Positions 37,991 to 48,424 are shown, counted from the whole stretch's first letter. The stretch: DNA of 59,946 nucleotides, filler included, from 3 parts of 3 records of this genome joined end to end with filler, not necessarily neighbours in it, one strand, 5' to 3'. Translations and numbers: made by a program. The notes: generated by a model from the sequence alone, not told the origin.

Positions 37991-38761
37991 TTGACATTGC
38001 GTAAACTCCTGCTGATCCTCCCCTTTGCTGTCCTGTTAGGGGCGCAAAGTGCGCGCGCGCAGCAACCTGTCGTGGTTTTTGCCGCCGCCAGCCTGAAAAC
38101 CGCACTTGATGAGATCGCAACCCAATACCAAGCACAGAGCACACACAGCATTCGCATCTCTTATGCTGGTAGTTCAGCATTGGCGCGACAGATCCAATAT
38201 GGCGCCCCCGCCGAGCTGTTTATTTCGGCCAATTCTGCGTGGATGGACACTCTGGCACAAGACGGGCTGATCGAGGATGCCAGTCGTGTTGATCTGCTCC
38301 GCAATCGCTTAGCTCTTGTCGGCCCCCAGACCACACCAGAACCCTTTGATATTTCGACCGACCTGAAAACAACGCTCGGGACTGAACGGTTGGCTCTAGC
38401 CTTGGTTGATGCAGTTCCGGCTGGCATCTATGCAAAGGCAGCCTTGCAATCACTGGGGATGTGGGACCCGCTGCAAACCCAGATCGCGCAGACCGACAAC
38501 GTGCGCGCCGCTTTGCGACTTGTTGCGATCGGAGAGGCCCCATTGGGCATCGTGTACGACACAGATCACCGTGCAGAAGATCACGTTAAGGCGCTGTATC
38601 TATTCCCGGAAAACAGCCACCCGCCCATACTCTACCCCGCTGCCTTGATATCTGATCAAACCACCGAGGCAGGCCGGGCCTTCCTTGACTATCTGCAAGA
38701 CTCAGACAGCACAGCCATCTTTCAGGCGCATGGATTTATCACTATGGGGAATGCCCCGTGA
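37991..38761 (+). CDS. modA: Molybdate ABC transporter binding protein
   Basis: VFAAASL, AGSSALARQI..GAPA, VPAGIYA; TTG start after GAGGGG (start approximate). Confidence 0.92.
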   Translation: MTLRKLLLILPFAVLLGAQSARAQQPVVVFAAASLKTALDEIATQYQAQSTHSIRISYAGSSALARQIQYGAPAELFISANSAWMDTLAQDGLIEDASRVDLLRNRLALVGPQTTPEPFDISTDLKTTLGTERLALALVDAVPAGIYAKAALQSLGMWDPLQTQIAQTDNVRAALRLVAIGEAPLGIVYDTDHRAEDHVKALYLFPENSHPPILYPAALISDQTTEAGRAFLDYLQDSDSTAIFQAHGFITMGNAP

Positions 38762-39456
38762 ACGCCGGGTTTGGTCCAGAAGAATGGCAAGCTGTTCTTC
38801 TCTCGCTCAAGGTTTCGATCTGGGCCGTTGCCCTCAGCCTGCCTTTGGCTGTTTTCACGGCGTATGCGCTAGCCCGGTGGCAATTCCGCGGCCATCAGTT
38901 GCTAAATGGTCTAGTGCATCTCCCCCTGATCCTGCCCCCGGTTGTCACTGGGTATTTACTGTTGCTCACCTTTGGGCGACGCGGTGCAATTGGCAGCTGG
39001 CTTGAGGAAACTCTGGGCCTTGTGTTGGCGTTTCGATGGACCGGTGCAGTTTTGGCAGCCGCTATCATGGCATTTCCCCTCACGGTTCGGGCCATCCGTT
39101 TGGCCATCGAGGCGGTGGACCCAAAACTGGAAGAAGCCGCAGCAACCCTAGGGGCATCGCGCCTGTGGGTTTTTGCCACGATCACCTTGCCCTTGATCCT
39201 GCCTGGTTTGATCGCAGGTGTTGTGCTCGGATTTGCGAAAGCGATGGGCGAGTTCGGAGCCACCATCACCTTTGTGTCCAATATTCCAGGCCAGACCCAA
39301 ACGTTGCCCTCGGCCATCTATACCTTTTTGCAGGTTCCCGGTGGTGAAACAGCCGCCCTTAGGCTGGTCGTCCTGTCCGTTGCCGTTGCGATGAGCGCGC
39401 TAGTAGCATCCGAAATTCTGGCAAGACGTGCCGCACGACGGATATCTGGCAGATGA
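38758..39456 (+). CDS. modB: Molybdate ABC transporter permease
   Basis: LPLILPPVVTGY, EEAAATLGA, GEFGATITFVSNIPGQTQT. Confidence 0.93.
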   Translation: MNAGFGPEEWQAVLLSLKVSIWAVALSLPLAVFTAYALARWQFRGHQLLNGLVHLPLILPPVVTGYLLLLTFGRRGAIGSWLEETLGLVLAFRWTGAVLAAAIMAFPLTVRAIRLAIEAVDPKLEEAAATLGASRLWVFATITLPLILPGLIAGVVLGFAKAMGEFGATITFVSNIPGQTQTLPSAIYTFLQVPGGETAALRLVVLSVAVAMSALVASEILARRAARRISGR

Positions 39457-40541
39457 GCCTTTCTCTGGATATCACCCATCAGTTGCCCGATTTTTCTCTG
39501 TCGGTCTGCTTTGAGGTACCGCCGGGTATAACTGCGTTGTTTGGCCCATCTGGCACGGGCAAGACAACGGTGATCAATGCAGTGTCCGGTCTACTTAAGC
39601 CCGATGCAGGTCGCATAATTTTGGCAGGCGAGCCGATTTTCGATACATCCCTACGCATCAACCTGCCGCCACACAAACGGCGCCTTGGGTATGTGTTCCA
39701 AGACGGCCGGCTCTTCCCGCACCTCAGCGTTGAGAAGAACTTGCTTTACGGTCAGCGCTTTGCGCCTAAGGGCGAACCCGGTCCCGAACTCGGGTCTGTA
39801 TCTGACTTGCTCGGCATCACCCCGTTGCTACAGCGCGCCCCGGGCACCTTGTCTGGTGGTGAAAAGCAACGTGTCGCGATTGGGCGGGCTTTGCTCTCGC
39901 GCCCTAGAATGCTGCTGATGGATGAACCGTTGGCGGCTCTTGATGAGCCACGCAAAGAAGAGATCCTGCCCTATCTAGAACGTCTGCGCGATCAAACTGA
40001 CATTCCAATTCTGTATGTCAGCCATTCCGTCGCCGAAGTCGCCCGGCTTGCGACCTCTGTTGTGCTTCTCGACAAAGGATCTGTCCTTCGATCCGGGCCC
40101 GCGGAACAAGTTCTATCCGATCCGACCACCGTTCGCCAACTTGGACTGCGGCAAGCCGGATCCGTGCTCTCTGCGTCCATTACCGCGCATCATGCAGATG
40201 GTCTGACCGAGCTCACGGTTTCAGGCGGCACATTGTTCCTGCCCAAGATGGATCGCCCCGTTGGTGCCAGAACCCGTGTTCGTATTCTGGCACAAGACAT
40301 AATCGTCGCAGGGTCCCTGCCCCGCGATCTGTCCGCTCTGAACATTCTCCCTGCCGAAGTGACCACAGTACAGCCAGGTTCGGGACCGGGTGTCGTCATT
40401 CAAATGCGATCCGGGTCTGACCATCTGCTGGCCCGCATCACTCGACGATCTGCTGAAAAGATGCGCTTGAAACCGGGGGCACACGTGTTTGCTGTGATCA
40501 AAGCTGTCTCTGTGGCCCGAACCGATATCGGCACACGATAA
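39453..40541 (+). CDS. modC: Molybdate ABC transporter ATPase
   Basis: GPSGTGKT, LSGGEKQRVAIGRAL, C-terminal TOBE (SALN..ARIT..IKAV). Confidence 0.93.
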   Translation: MSLSLDITHQLPDFSLSVCFEVPPGITALFGPSGTGKTTVINAVSGLLKPDAGRIILAGEPIFDTSLRINLPPHKRRLGYVFQDGRLFPHLSVEKNLLYGQRFAPKGEPGPELGSVSDLLGITPLLQRAPGTLSGGEKQRVAIGRALLSRPRMLLMDEPLAALDEPRKEEILPYLERLRDQTDIPILYVSHSVAEVARLATSVVLLDKGSVLRSGPAEQVLSDPTTVRQLGLRQAGSVLSASITAHHADGLTELTVSGGTLFLPKMDRPVGARTRVRILAQDIIVAGSLPRDLSALNILPAEVTTVQPGSGPGVVIQMRSGSDHLLARITRRSAEKMRLKPGAHVFAVIKAVSVARTDIGTR

Positions 40542-40616
40542 CGCAAAAGGCAGCCCGAACAGAGCTGCCCATCTCAGTGTGCAAACATACGGACCCTGTG
40601 ACCCGCCCGCGCGGAA

Positions 40617-40874
40617 TTACATCCCGAGCGCTTCTTTGTACATTTCCAGAACCGCTTCTTCTTCGGCGATATCGTCTTTGTCGCGCTTACGCAGAGCAAT
40701 AACCTTGCGGATGACCTTGGTGTCGTACCCGCGCGCCTTGGCCTCGGCCATGACTTCTTTTTGCTGCTCGGCAAGGTCCTTCTTTTCAGCATCCAGCCGC
40801 TCGATCCGCTCGATAAACTGGCGCAGTTCACCAGCTGTTACGCGGTAATTGGCATCGGCCTGGGACTCTTCCAT
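40617..40874 (-). CDS. gapR: DUF2312/GapR-family nucleoid-associated protein
   Basis: LRQFIERIERLDAEKK..EAKARGYDTKVIRKVIALRK..Y..ALGM. Confidence 0.85.
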   Translation of the reverse strand: MEESQADANYRVTAGELRQFIERIERLDAEKKDLAEQQKEVMAEAKARGYDTKVIRKVIALRKRDKDDIAEEEAVLEMYKEALGM

Positions 40875-41041
40875 CTCTGTACTCCGTCAATGTGCTAAAT
40901 GAGGCGACCTGCGGGATACATCGGCCCAGCCTCTGCCGCAAGCATCCATTGCACGGATCGTGAAACCTGCAAGGCTCCGCTTGCGCTGCATCATTTGATC
41001 CGGTAACGCGGCACCCATGTAACCAGAACCGGTGGACCAAT

Positions 41042-41260
41042 ATGTTTGATCTGATCATCTGGGGCGGTGCTGCCCTGTCTCTTGCCGGTCTTGTCGGATT
41101 GATCTGGTGTATCTTTCGCGTCAATGCCGCCCGCAAGGCAGGACTTACGGACGACGAATTGCGCGCGGCGGTTCAGGCAGTGTTGCCTTGGAACCTTGGG
41201 TCGCTCTTTCTGTCAATCTTGGGCCTCATGATGGTTATCCTCGGCATTTCGCTGGGATAA
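41042..41260 (+). CDS. Small two-TM hypothetical protein
   Basis: 72-aa ORF with two hydrophobic helices. Confidence 0.65.
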   Translation: MFDLIIWGGAALSLAGLVGLIWCIFRVNAARKAGLTDDELRAAVQAVLPWNLGSLFLSILGLMMVILGISLG

Positions 41261-41268
41261 CCACCGCT

Positions 41269-41487
41269 TTAGACTGGCATATTGTCGAACTGAGCTTCGA
41301 CAGCTTCTTCGGCGAGCATCGAATCCAAATGACGTAAATGCTGGGGAATTTCTGCCCCTTCCGCTCTAAGCCGGTCAACAACCAAGCTCAACCTTGGTTG
41401 CAATTGCAACCGCAGATCCAGATCAGCACCATCAAGTTTCTGTTCGAGGTGCTCAGCTTCTTTCAGCAAGTCCTGTAGTTTCATCAT
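41269..41487 (-). CDS. Small hypothetical protein
   Basis: GAGG RBS; helical protein ending EAQFDNMPV. Confidence 0.65.
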   Translation of the reverse strand: MMKLQDLLKEAEHLEQKLDGADLDLRLQLQPRLSLVVDRLRAEGAEIPQHLRHLDSMLAEEAVEAQFDNMPV

Positions 41488-41763
41488 AGTCCTCGTTCCT
41501 CCCCTATCCTTTGAGCCTGCCAAAAACAGGTAACAACCGTAAGAAGAATCCCCACAACGTAGACGTTAGAGCAGCGATTCTCTGGAAATCGCCGCTTTTA
41601 TTAGCACTTGGCGATCTCTTTGGTAAAAATAGTGTCATACTTCCACACGCAAAACCTTGACCCGTATCAATGTGTACACTGCGTACGTCAGATGCAGATC
41701 AAAACCATTGCATCACATTCTGGATTTACTATATGATAACTTCATGACCAATCGGAGAAACAC

Positions 41764-42627
41764 ATGACACCCTTTGTAAAAGCCTTCTTCGACGAAGCCA
41801 CCTTTACGGTGTCCTATCTGGTGCGGGACCCCGAAGGCAGCGCCTGTGCCATTATCGACAGCGTTCTGGATTTTGACCACGCGTCGGGGCGCACTGACAC
41901 AACTTCCGCCGACAAGATAATCCAGTTTGTCAAAGACAACGCCTTTACTGTTGAGTGGATCCTCGAAAGCCATGTGCACGCGGACCATCTTTCTGCGGCC
42001 CCCTATCTGCAAGAGGCGCTTGGTGGTAAAATTGGCATTGGGTCCAACATCACTCTGATCCAAGACACCTTTGGCAAGGTCTTTAACGAAGGCACCGAAT
42101 TCCAACGGGACGGCAGCCAATTTGATGCCCTGTTTGAACAGGGTGACAGTTTTCACATCGGACAGTTGCGCGGGGATGTCATGCATACGCCGGGACATAC
42201 CCCCGCCTGTATGACCTATGTGATCGGCGATGCCGCCTTTGTGGGCGATACGTTGTTCATGCCTGATTTCGGAACAGCACGGTGTGATTTTCCCGGCGGT
42301 TCTTCTGAAATGCTATTCCAATCAATCCAAAGCATTCTAGCTTTGCCCGACGAGACACGCATCTTTGTAGGCCATGACTACAAGGCCCCCGGACGCGACG
42401 AATTTGCCTGGGAAACCACAGTTGGCGAACAAAAAGCCCTAAACGTCCACATTGGTAAGGGGCGTCCCATCGAAGATTTCGTAGAAATGCGTGATGCGCG
42501 CGACGCCACCTTGGCTATGCCGCGGCTGATCCTGCCGTCGTTGCAAGTCAACATGCGCGCCGGGCAGATGCCGGAACCGGACGCCGATGGGGACGTCTTT
42601 TTGAAAATCCCGATCAACAAAATCTAA
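41764..42627 (+). CDS. Persulfide (sulfur) dioxygenase, Blh/ETHE1-like MBL hydrolase
   Basis: ESHVHADH, HTPGHT, GDTLFMPDFGTARCDFPGG, GHDY, RDATL. Confidence 0.88.
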   Translation: MTPFVKAFFDEATFTVSYLVRDPEGSACAIIDSVLDFDHASGRTDTTSADKIIQFVKDNAFTVEWILESHVHADHLSAAPYLQEALGGKIGIGSNITLIQDTFGKVFNEGTEFQRDGSQFDALFEQGDSFHIGQLRGDVMHTPGHTPACMTYVIGDAAFVGDTLFMPDFGTARCDFPGGSSEMLFQSIQSILALPDETRIFVGHDYKAPGRDEFAWETTVGEQKALNVHIGKGRPIEDFVEMRDARDATLAMPRLILPSLQVNMRAGQMPEPDADGDVFLKIPINKI

Positions 42628-42666
42628 CTCAGACGACAAATCGCGCGAACACAAAGGAACACACAC

Positions 42667-43095
42667 ATGGAAACAGATTGGATCTGGGGCCTGATCGGCG
42701 GCGCGCTGATCGGGACAGGCGGGGCCATCTACCTGTTGGGCAACGGTCGCATCATGGGGGCTAGTGGCATCCTGGGTGGGCTGGTTGACGGTACCGGGCG
42801 ATCGACGATGGTGGAACGCATCGCCTTTGTTCTGGCGGTTATTCTGACGCCCCTCTTGCTCATGCCCGTCTATGCCGTGGATATCAGCACGCACATCACA
42901 TCCAATCTGGCCGTTGTCATTGCTGCGGGATTGCTGGTTGGAACCGGGACACGCATCGCGAATGGCTGCACCTCAGGTCACGGCGTTTGTGGCATCTCGC
43001 GCTTTTCGTTGCGAGGCATCGTTGCGACCGTTTTCTACATACTAGCAGGTGGCATCACGTTGGTTTTGTTCCGCCATATTTTGGGGGTCATTTGA
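42667..43095 (+). CDS. YeeE/YedE-family sulfur transporter half (PmpB-like)
   Basis: GGALIG, GRIMGASGI, GCTSGHGVCG. Confidence 0.85.
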   Translation: METDWIWGLIGGALIGTGGAIYLLGNGRIMGASGILGGLVDGTGRSTMVERIAFVLAVILTPLLLMPVYAVDISTHITSNLAVVIAAGLLVGTGTRIANGCTSGHGVCGISRFSLRGIVATVFYILAGGITLVLFRHILGVI

Positions 43096-43526
43096 TGCGT
43101 ATTGTCATTGCAGTGCTTGCTGGCGCGTTTTTCGGGGCCGGTCTGTTCGTTTCTGGTATGACCGACACCACCAAAGTCCAAGGCTGGTTGGATGTGTTTG
43201 GCAATTGGGATCCCACACTGGCCTTTGTCATGGGCGGGGCCATAATCCCAATGTTCATCGCATGGCGACTGACCCCAAATCGCACCCCTCTGGCCGGTGG
43301 AGAATTCCCCTCGTTGCCGCGCCCTGAACTGGATCACCGCCTGATTGTCGGGTCCGTTCTATTTGGTATGGGATGGGGGTTAGCTGGCCTGTGTCCGGGA
43401 CCTGCCATGGCCTCACTAAGCTATGGTGGGACTGCAGGTATCGTTTTTCTGATTGCTATGATTGCTGGCATGATTGCAGCACCTCCGCTGGGTGTAAAAC
43501 TGGACAGGCTGGCAGGCACAGCGTAA
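43095..43526 (+). CDS. YeeE/YedE-family sulfur transporter half (PmpA-like)
   Basis: SGM..KV..WLD..WDPTLAFVM, FGMGWGLAGLCPGP; TGATG coupling. Confidence 0.85.
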   Translation: MRIVIAVLAGAFFGAGLFVSGMTDTTKVQGWLDVFGNWDPTLAFVMGGAIIPMFIAWRLTPNRTPLAGGEFPSLPRPELDHRLIVGSVLFGMGWGLAGLCPGPAMASLSYGGTAGIVFLIAMIAGMIAAPPLGVKLDRLAGTA

Positions 43527-43535
43527 GGAAAGCCC

Positions 43536-43967
43536 ATGGATATTCGACCCATCACCTCCCGCTACGCTGTCTCGCCGCAAATCTCGGTTGAAGACGTGCC
43601 CGCCATCGTCGATGCAGGCTTTTGCAAAGTCATTTGCAACCGTCCCAATTCAGAAGTGCCCCCCAGCCATCAGGCAGAAGTCATTGCCGAAGCCGTCCGC
43701 GCAGCAGGGCTGGAATTCGAAATTCTAGAGCTGACCCACCAGACAATGACACCGGACAATGTGTCTCGGCAGCGAGCGCTGTCAGAATGTGACGCAGGTC
43801 CGGTTCTTGCCTATTGCGCCTCTGGGACACGCAGCTCTGTCATCTGGGCCTTGGGACAATGCGAGGCGTCTGATCCTGACTCTATCTTGTCCCAAACCAA
43901 CGCTGCTGGCTATCAACTCGAAGGGCTACGCCCAACGTTGGCTCAACTCTGTGATTCAGCGAAATAA
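43536..43967 (+). CDS. DUF442/TIGR01244 sulfurtransferase
   Basis: VSPQI, ICNRP.E, PVLAYCASGTRS. Confidence 0.85.
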   Translation: MDIRPITSRYAVSPQISVEDVPAIVDAGFCKVICNRPNSEVPPSHQAEVIAEAVRAAGLEFEILELTHQTMTPDNVSRQRALSECDAGPVLAYCASGTRSSVIWALGQCEASDPDSILSQTNAAGYQLEGLRPTLAQLCDSAK

Positions 43968-44029
43968 CGAAAGACGGCGCGGTTTTCATGCCAAGCTTGC
44001 GCCGCCTCAAGCCGTTCATTTCCCAAAGC

Positions 44030-45190
44030 TTAAGAAGATGGTGACATCAAGGGAAATGCGGCTTCATCCTCTCCCAATCCTGCCAATTGCGAAATTTCAA
44101 CTGCCGCTAGGTCAGAGTTCATATCAAACAGCGGCTGCTCTTCTGCAGTAGGGTTAGACTGGGGTACCGCCGCCTCACTATCGGGCGCGGTTACAAAATC
44201 CGTATGATCGATGACATCAGGATGCGTCAGGTTCTCAGCCCCCTCGGCCGAGAGCGCATCTCGCTCACCTGCAGCGCCATGTGCCTGAAACCCTGCATCA
44301 TAGGGTTCAACAACCACATCCGATTCCTTGGTCTCATTCAGCCGCACAGCCCGCACGCCTCGACATTGCCCCAATCGAGCCAACGCAATTTGTTTGCCGT
44401 CAATCGTTAGAATTTCGGTCCGATCCAACTTGTTCCCAATCAACGGCAACACATCCCCTGGCTTCATGTCGGCAAAGGCAGACAAGGGCAAACGAACCCG
44501 TGAGATAACCGCCTGCAGATCTGCACGCATCACACCAAAGGACTGATCCAGCCGTGGGCCAGCCTCTGCGCCATCGCCCTCTTCCATATCCTCAACAAGG
44601 TCCGGGATATCAGGCAATATCAAGGTGATCTGCCCCTGTGCCTTGCCAACTGCAATTTCTATAGTCAGATCAAAGGTGCGATAATCATCTGCTTCCATCG
44701 CCAGCAACAATGTGCGCGAATCTTCCGCTCGCGAGCAAAACTCGTACCCAGAGAGGCACCGCCGGTCTGACAGCGTTTCGCACTGATCCGCAGCGCGTGG
44801 AAGGATGGTATCGATGAGCGGGGCAACCATAGCGGCATCGGTACCGGTAAACGCACGCTCACTTGGCGCCCCTTCAAAAACCTGTCCCATCGTTTGCTGT
44901 TGAATAATCGCCGTCAAACAAGCCCGATCCACACAAGCCGCGCCCATACGATCCTCTGGGCCGATCAACAGTAGATACAACCGATCCTCAGCCACCCCTG
45001 CCGCAAGAGTTTCAGCCGACCGGCGCGCCTGCGTTGCACCAATAACGGACATCGCCAAATCAAATGAATCGGCCGCAGCACGAGCCAATGACAAGCGCAA
45101 CGCCCGAAGAATTGATCGTTTGCTGTCCTGTCCATCGTCCTGGGCCAACGCAACTTTGCGCGCTAGAATTGAAAGAGTGTCCGCATCCAT
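44030..45190 (-). CDS. FliM/FliN (SpoA) C-terminal domain protein, outside a flagellar cluster
   Basis: LQAVISRVRLPL..MKPGDVLPL..ARLGQCRGVRAVRL; acidic tail. Confidence 0.65.
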   Translation of the reverse strand: MDADTLSILARKVALAQDDGQDSKRSILRALRLSLARAAADSFDLAMSVIGATQARRSAETLAAGVAEDRLYLLLIGPEDRMGAACVDRACLTAIIQQQTMGQVFEGAPSERAFTGTDAAMVAPLIDTILPRAADQCETLSDRRCLSGYEFCSRAEDSRTLLLAMEADDYRTFDLTIEIAVGKAQGQITLILPDIPDLVEDMEEGDGAEAGPRLDQSFGVMRADLQAVISRVRLPLSAFADMKPGDVLPLIGNKLDRTEILTIDGKQIALARLGQCRGVRAVRLNETKESDVVVEPYDAGFQAHGAAGERDALSAEGAENLTHPDVIDHTDFVTAPDSEAAVPQSNPTAEEQPLFDMNSDLAAVEISQLAGLGEDEAAFPLMSPSS

Positions 45191-45272
45191 TTTTGAACGA
45201 CCTTATTTCTGGTCTCGTTTTGGACTCTGGTTTAGCGCACAGGAGGTTACGGAACCCTTTACGTTTCCCGAT

Positions 45273-47948
45273 TTACATTGAGGCGCGTTCTTCTTTTGGG
45301 AGCCGGACCCGAAAGGCTCCGCCTTCTTTGCTGGACAAATAACTCACGTCCCCCCCGAGGCGCTGCATGATCTCTTTACAGATCGCCAACCCTAGACCCG
45401 CACCCCCCGCCTTTTCCGCAGAAACACGCGCAAATTTTTCAAAAATCATGGATTGTGCATCGCTTGGGATGCCACTGCCATTATCGACAAAATCTACCAT
45501 GACCTGTCCCCATACATCATGCACGGTAATCGTCAGCTCTGGCTCAGCCGCATCACAATATTTCTGAGCATTGGCAATCAGGTTGATGAACACTTGACCC
45601 AGTCGATCCAAATCCGAATACAAGACGATACGCTCATTCGAAAAACGACGCTTCACAGTCAGAGGGTTGCTCCATCCCGCCAGTGCCGTTGAAACGGATC
45701 GCTCCAGAACATCGCTCAAATCGCCACGCGCCCTGTTCAAATTCACCTGACCACTTTCCAAAACACTCAAGTCCAGAAGATCATCCAATAGCCGGGTCAG
45801 TCGCAGGGCCTCATCGTGAATGATCGTAGAATATCGAACCTGTTCTTCTGGACCCAATCCGTCGGTATCGCGCAAAATCTCTGAAAACGCCCGGATCGAG
45901 GTCATCGGCGTGCGTAGCTCGTGGCTCACCTGACTGAGAAAGGCATCCTTTTGCAAAGAGATTTGAGTGAGTTTGGTATTGGCCTCTCGCAGCTTGAGGG
46001 CCGTCTGGCTCAGCTCAGATGATTTGGCTTCAAGCCGACTTGAATATTCCAAAAGCTGCGCAGATTCATCGGCCACCGCCAACAAATCCTCAACAGAAAC
46101 AGACGAACCCCCAACAATTTGGCCAATCATGGCATGGGCCGCAGCGGCTCCAACGGAACCGCCCAACTCACGCTCTAACCGCTCGAGAAAGACAGGGGTC
46201 GGTTCTGGCAACCCTCCGCGCCCGCCTTGTTCCAACGTTTGCACACGGAAAAATTCCTGCGCTTCACGTGCACCTAAAATACGCTGGGACATAATCATCA
46301 GGTCTTCGCTCTGCGCCGCTGATCCGCTCCACCCGCGGGGGCCTGCCGAATGCTCAAAAACATTGACGAACTGAGCCCCTTGCAAACGTTCCAGAGGGCG
46401 TGGAAAGCTGAGCACAGAGGCAATGCAAAAAGCCGCAACGTTCAACGACAAAGACCACATCACAGCATGCACCATCGGGTCCAAACCTGCGATGTCAAAC
46501 AACGCCTGCGGGCGCAACCAGCCCCAGCCAAATGGTCCATGATCCAGCACAGATTGCGGCATGGCTTCGCCGCCGATCCCGGGCAAAAGCAGGGTATAGA
46601 CCCATAGTGCAAAGCCGACAGTAAGCCCCGCCAACGCGCCCGTCCGTGTTGCCCCCCGCCAAAACAGACCGCCCACAAGCGCGGGCAAAATTTGCGCGAT
46701 TCCAGCGAATGCAATCAATCCAATCGACGCCAGAGCCGCACCACCACCTGACAGGCGGTAATAGAAATAACCCAGCGCCATGATGACAGCGATCGAAACT
46801 CGGCGTGCATACAGGACAACGGATCGCACATCCCCGGACACCATCGCGCCACCGCCCTTGGAGCTCAGCCAGATTGGCATGACGATGTGGTTGGACACCA
46901 TAGTCGACAACGCCATCGCCGCCACAATCACCATAGACGTCGCCGAAGAAAACCCACCAAGAAATGAGAGCATCGCCAATCCGTCTTGGCCTTGGCTCAG
47001 TGGGACGGTCAACACAAACAGATCCGGGTTCGCGCCTTGTGGTAAAAGGTCCAAGCCCACCACAGCGATAGGCACAACAAACAGGCTCATCAACATGAGA
47101 TACAGCGGAAAGGCCCAAGCTGCCGTGCGCAGATGCCGTTCGTCATCATTTTCAACAACCATCACCTGAAACATCCGCGGAAGACAGACAAAAGCCGCCG
47201 CCGAAAGGAACGTGATGGTCGCCCAGCGCCCTCTGTCCACCTGCCATTGACCAATTTCGGATGCATCGATCCGATCCAATGTCGGGCCAATCCCCCCGGC
47301 AACGCCCCAAACCACAAAGATGCCAACAGCCAGCAAAGCGACCAACTTTACCACGGCCTCCAGCGCAACGGCGGTCACCACCCCATGATGCCGCTCGTTC
47401 GCATCCAAGTTGCGCGTGCCGAACAAAATGGCAAAGACCGCAAGCCCCGCCGCAACCCAGAACACGCTGGCCCCTTCGTAGTAATGGCTACCTGGGTCCG
47501 CTTCGGCGAAGATCGAGAAGGACAGCGTGATGGATTGCAATTGCAACGCGATATAGGGTGTGACCCCGATCACAGCCAGGATCGTCACGCAGATCGCCAG
47601 AGTATTCGACTTGCCATATCGCGATGAAATCAAATCCGCGATCGAGGTTACGCGCTGGCTGCGCCCGACCCGTACAAGTTTCCGTAAACCCCACCACCAG
47701 CCGATCATGACCAAGGTGGGGCCCAAATAAATTGTCACAAACTCCAGCCCGGACCGGGCGGCATATCCGACAGCGCCGTAAAAAGTCCAAGCTGTGCAAT
47801 AGATCGACAGGGACAGCGTATAAACCAGTGGGGATCGCAACCAAGTACTGCGCCCCGCAGCGGCAAGCCGGTCGGCTGCAAACGCCACCCCGAACAGCAA
47901 AACAACATACCCTAAACAAACAAGGATCAAGACATTCAGAGACGCCAT
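45273..47948 (-). CDS. SLC5 sodium:solute symporter domain fused to histidine kinase (CrbS/CbrA-like)
   Basis: YTLSLSIYCTAWTFYGAVG, PYIALQL, LPRMFQV, SHELRTPMTSI, GAGLGL. Confidence 0.88.
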   Translation of the reverse strand: MASLNVLILVCLGYVVLLFGVAFAADRLAAAGRSTWLRSPLVYTLSLSIYCTAWTFYGAVGYAARSGLEFVTIYLGPTLVMIGWWWGLRKLVRVGRSQRVTSIADLISSRYGKSNTLAICVTILAVIGVTPYIALQLQSITLSFSIFAEADPGSHYYEGASVFWVAAGLAVFAILFGTRNLDANERHHGVVTAVALEAVVKLVALLAVGIFVVWGVAGGIGPTLDRIDASEIGQWQVDRGRWATITFLSAAAFVCLPRMFQVMVVENDDERHLRTAAWAFPLYLMLMSLFVVPIAVVGLDLLPQGANPDLFVLTVPLSQGQDGLAMLSFLGGFSSATSMVIVAAMALSTMVSNHIVMPIWLSSKGGGAMVSGDVRSVVLYARRVSIAVIMALGYFYYRLSGGGAALASIGLIAFAGIAQILPALVGGLFWRGATRTGALAGLTVGFALWVYTLLLPGIGGEAMPQSVLDHGPFGWGWLRPQALFDIAGLDPMVHAVMWSLSLNVAAFCIASVLSFPRPLERLQGAQFVNVFEHSAGPRGWSGSAAQSEDLMIMSQRILGAREAQEFFRVQTLEQGGRGGLPEPTPVFLERLERELGGSVGAAAAHAMIGQIVGGSSVSVEDLLAVADESAQLLEYSSRLEAKSSELSQTALKLREANTKLTQISLQKDAFLSQVSHELRTPMTSIRAFSEILRDTDGLGPEEQVRYSTIIHDEALRLTRLLDDLLDLSVLESGQVNLNRARGDLSDVLERSVSTALAGWSNPLTVKRRFSNERIVLYSDLDRLGQVFINLIANAQKYCDAAEPELTITVHDVWGQVMVDFVDNGSGIPSDAQSMIFEKFARVSAEKAGGAGLGLAICKEIMQRLGGDVSYLSSKEGGAFRVRLPKEERASM

Positions 47949-48250
47949 CAGTTGCGCTCTGATCCCTGCGGGTCACCGCCAGACCAACGCCGCGCTGCTA
48001 TTCCAAACAAGACACTGAATACAATCAAGCCCGCCCAAACCCCAAACACATATCGAATTGCGACCGAGGTCGGCACACCCTCAAGCCTGCCCCCCGAAGG
48101 CCATAGCAGGGGCACAGCAAACAACGCCGCCCCAAACACCGGGAGCAACCTTGCCGCATCCATCAACCGTCGACGCCGATAACTTTGACGTTCCAAAAAA
48201 ACGGGCGGTGGGGCCACCGGCGGTGGATCGGAATCGAGGCTCTGGCTCAC
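47948..48250 (-). CDS. Small two-TM hypothetical protein coupled to the SLC5-kinase
   Basis: FLERQSYRRRRLMDAARLLP; overlaps both neighbours. Confidence 0.7.
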   Translation of the reverse strand: MSQSLDSDPPPVAPPPVFLERQSYRRRRLMDAARLLPVFGAALFAVPLLWPSGGRLEGVPTSVAIRYVFGVWAGLIVFSVLFGIAARRWSGGDPQGSERN

Positions 48251-48324
48251 AGTTGCGTGGCCTGTGCATGCAGATCACGCACAGCAGTCAGAACTTCGGC
48301 ATTGGAAAACGGTTTGGTCATAAA
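48247..48324 (-). CDS. Receiver-domain protein, C-terminal end (truncated by the gap)
   Basis: FMTKPFSNAEVLTAVRDL, REC KPF motif. Confidence 0.7.
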   Translation of the reverse strand, partial: FMTKPFSNAEVLTAVRDLHAQATQL

Positions 48325-48424
48325 NNNNNNNNNNNNNNNNNNNNNNNNNNNNNNNNNNNNNNNNNNNNTTAATTAATTAANNNNNNNNNNNNNNNNNNNN
48401 NNNNNNNNNNNNNNNNNNNNNNNN
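48325..48424. other. Assembly gap with artificial linker
   Basis: N-run containing TTAATTAATTAA. Confidence 0.97.

Noticed and set aside
41764-43967. Persulfide operon as sulfur donor for YcaO/TfuA
   Set aside because: About 9.5 kb away, separated by core genes; proximity alone is not evidence
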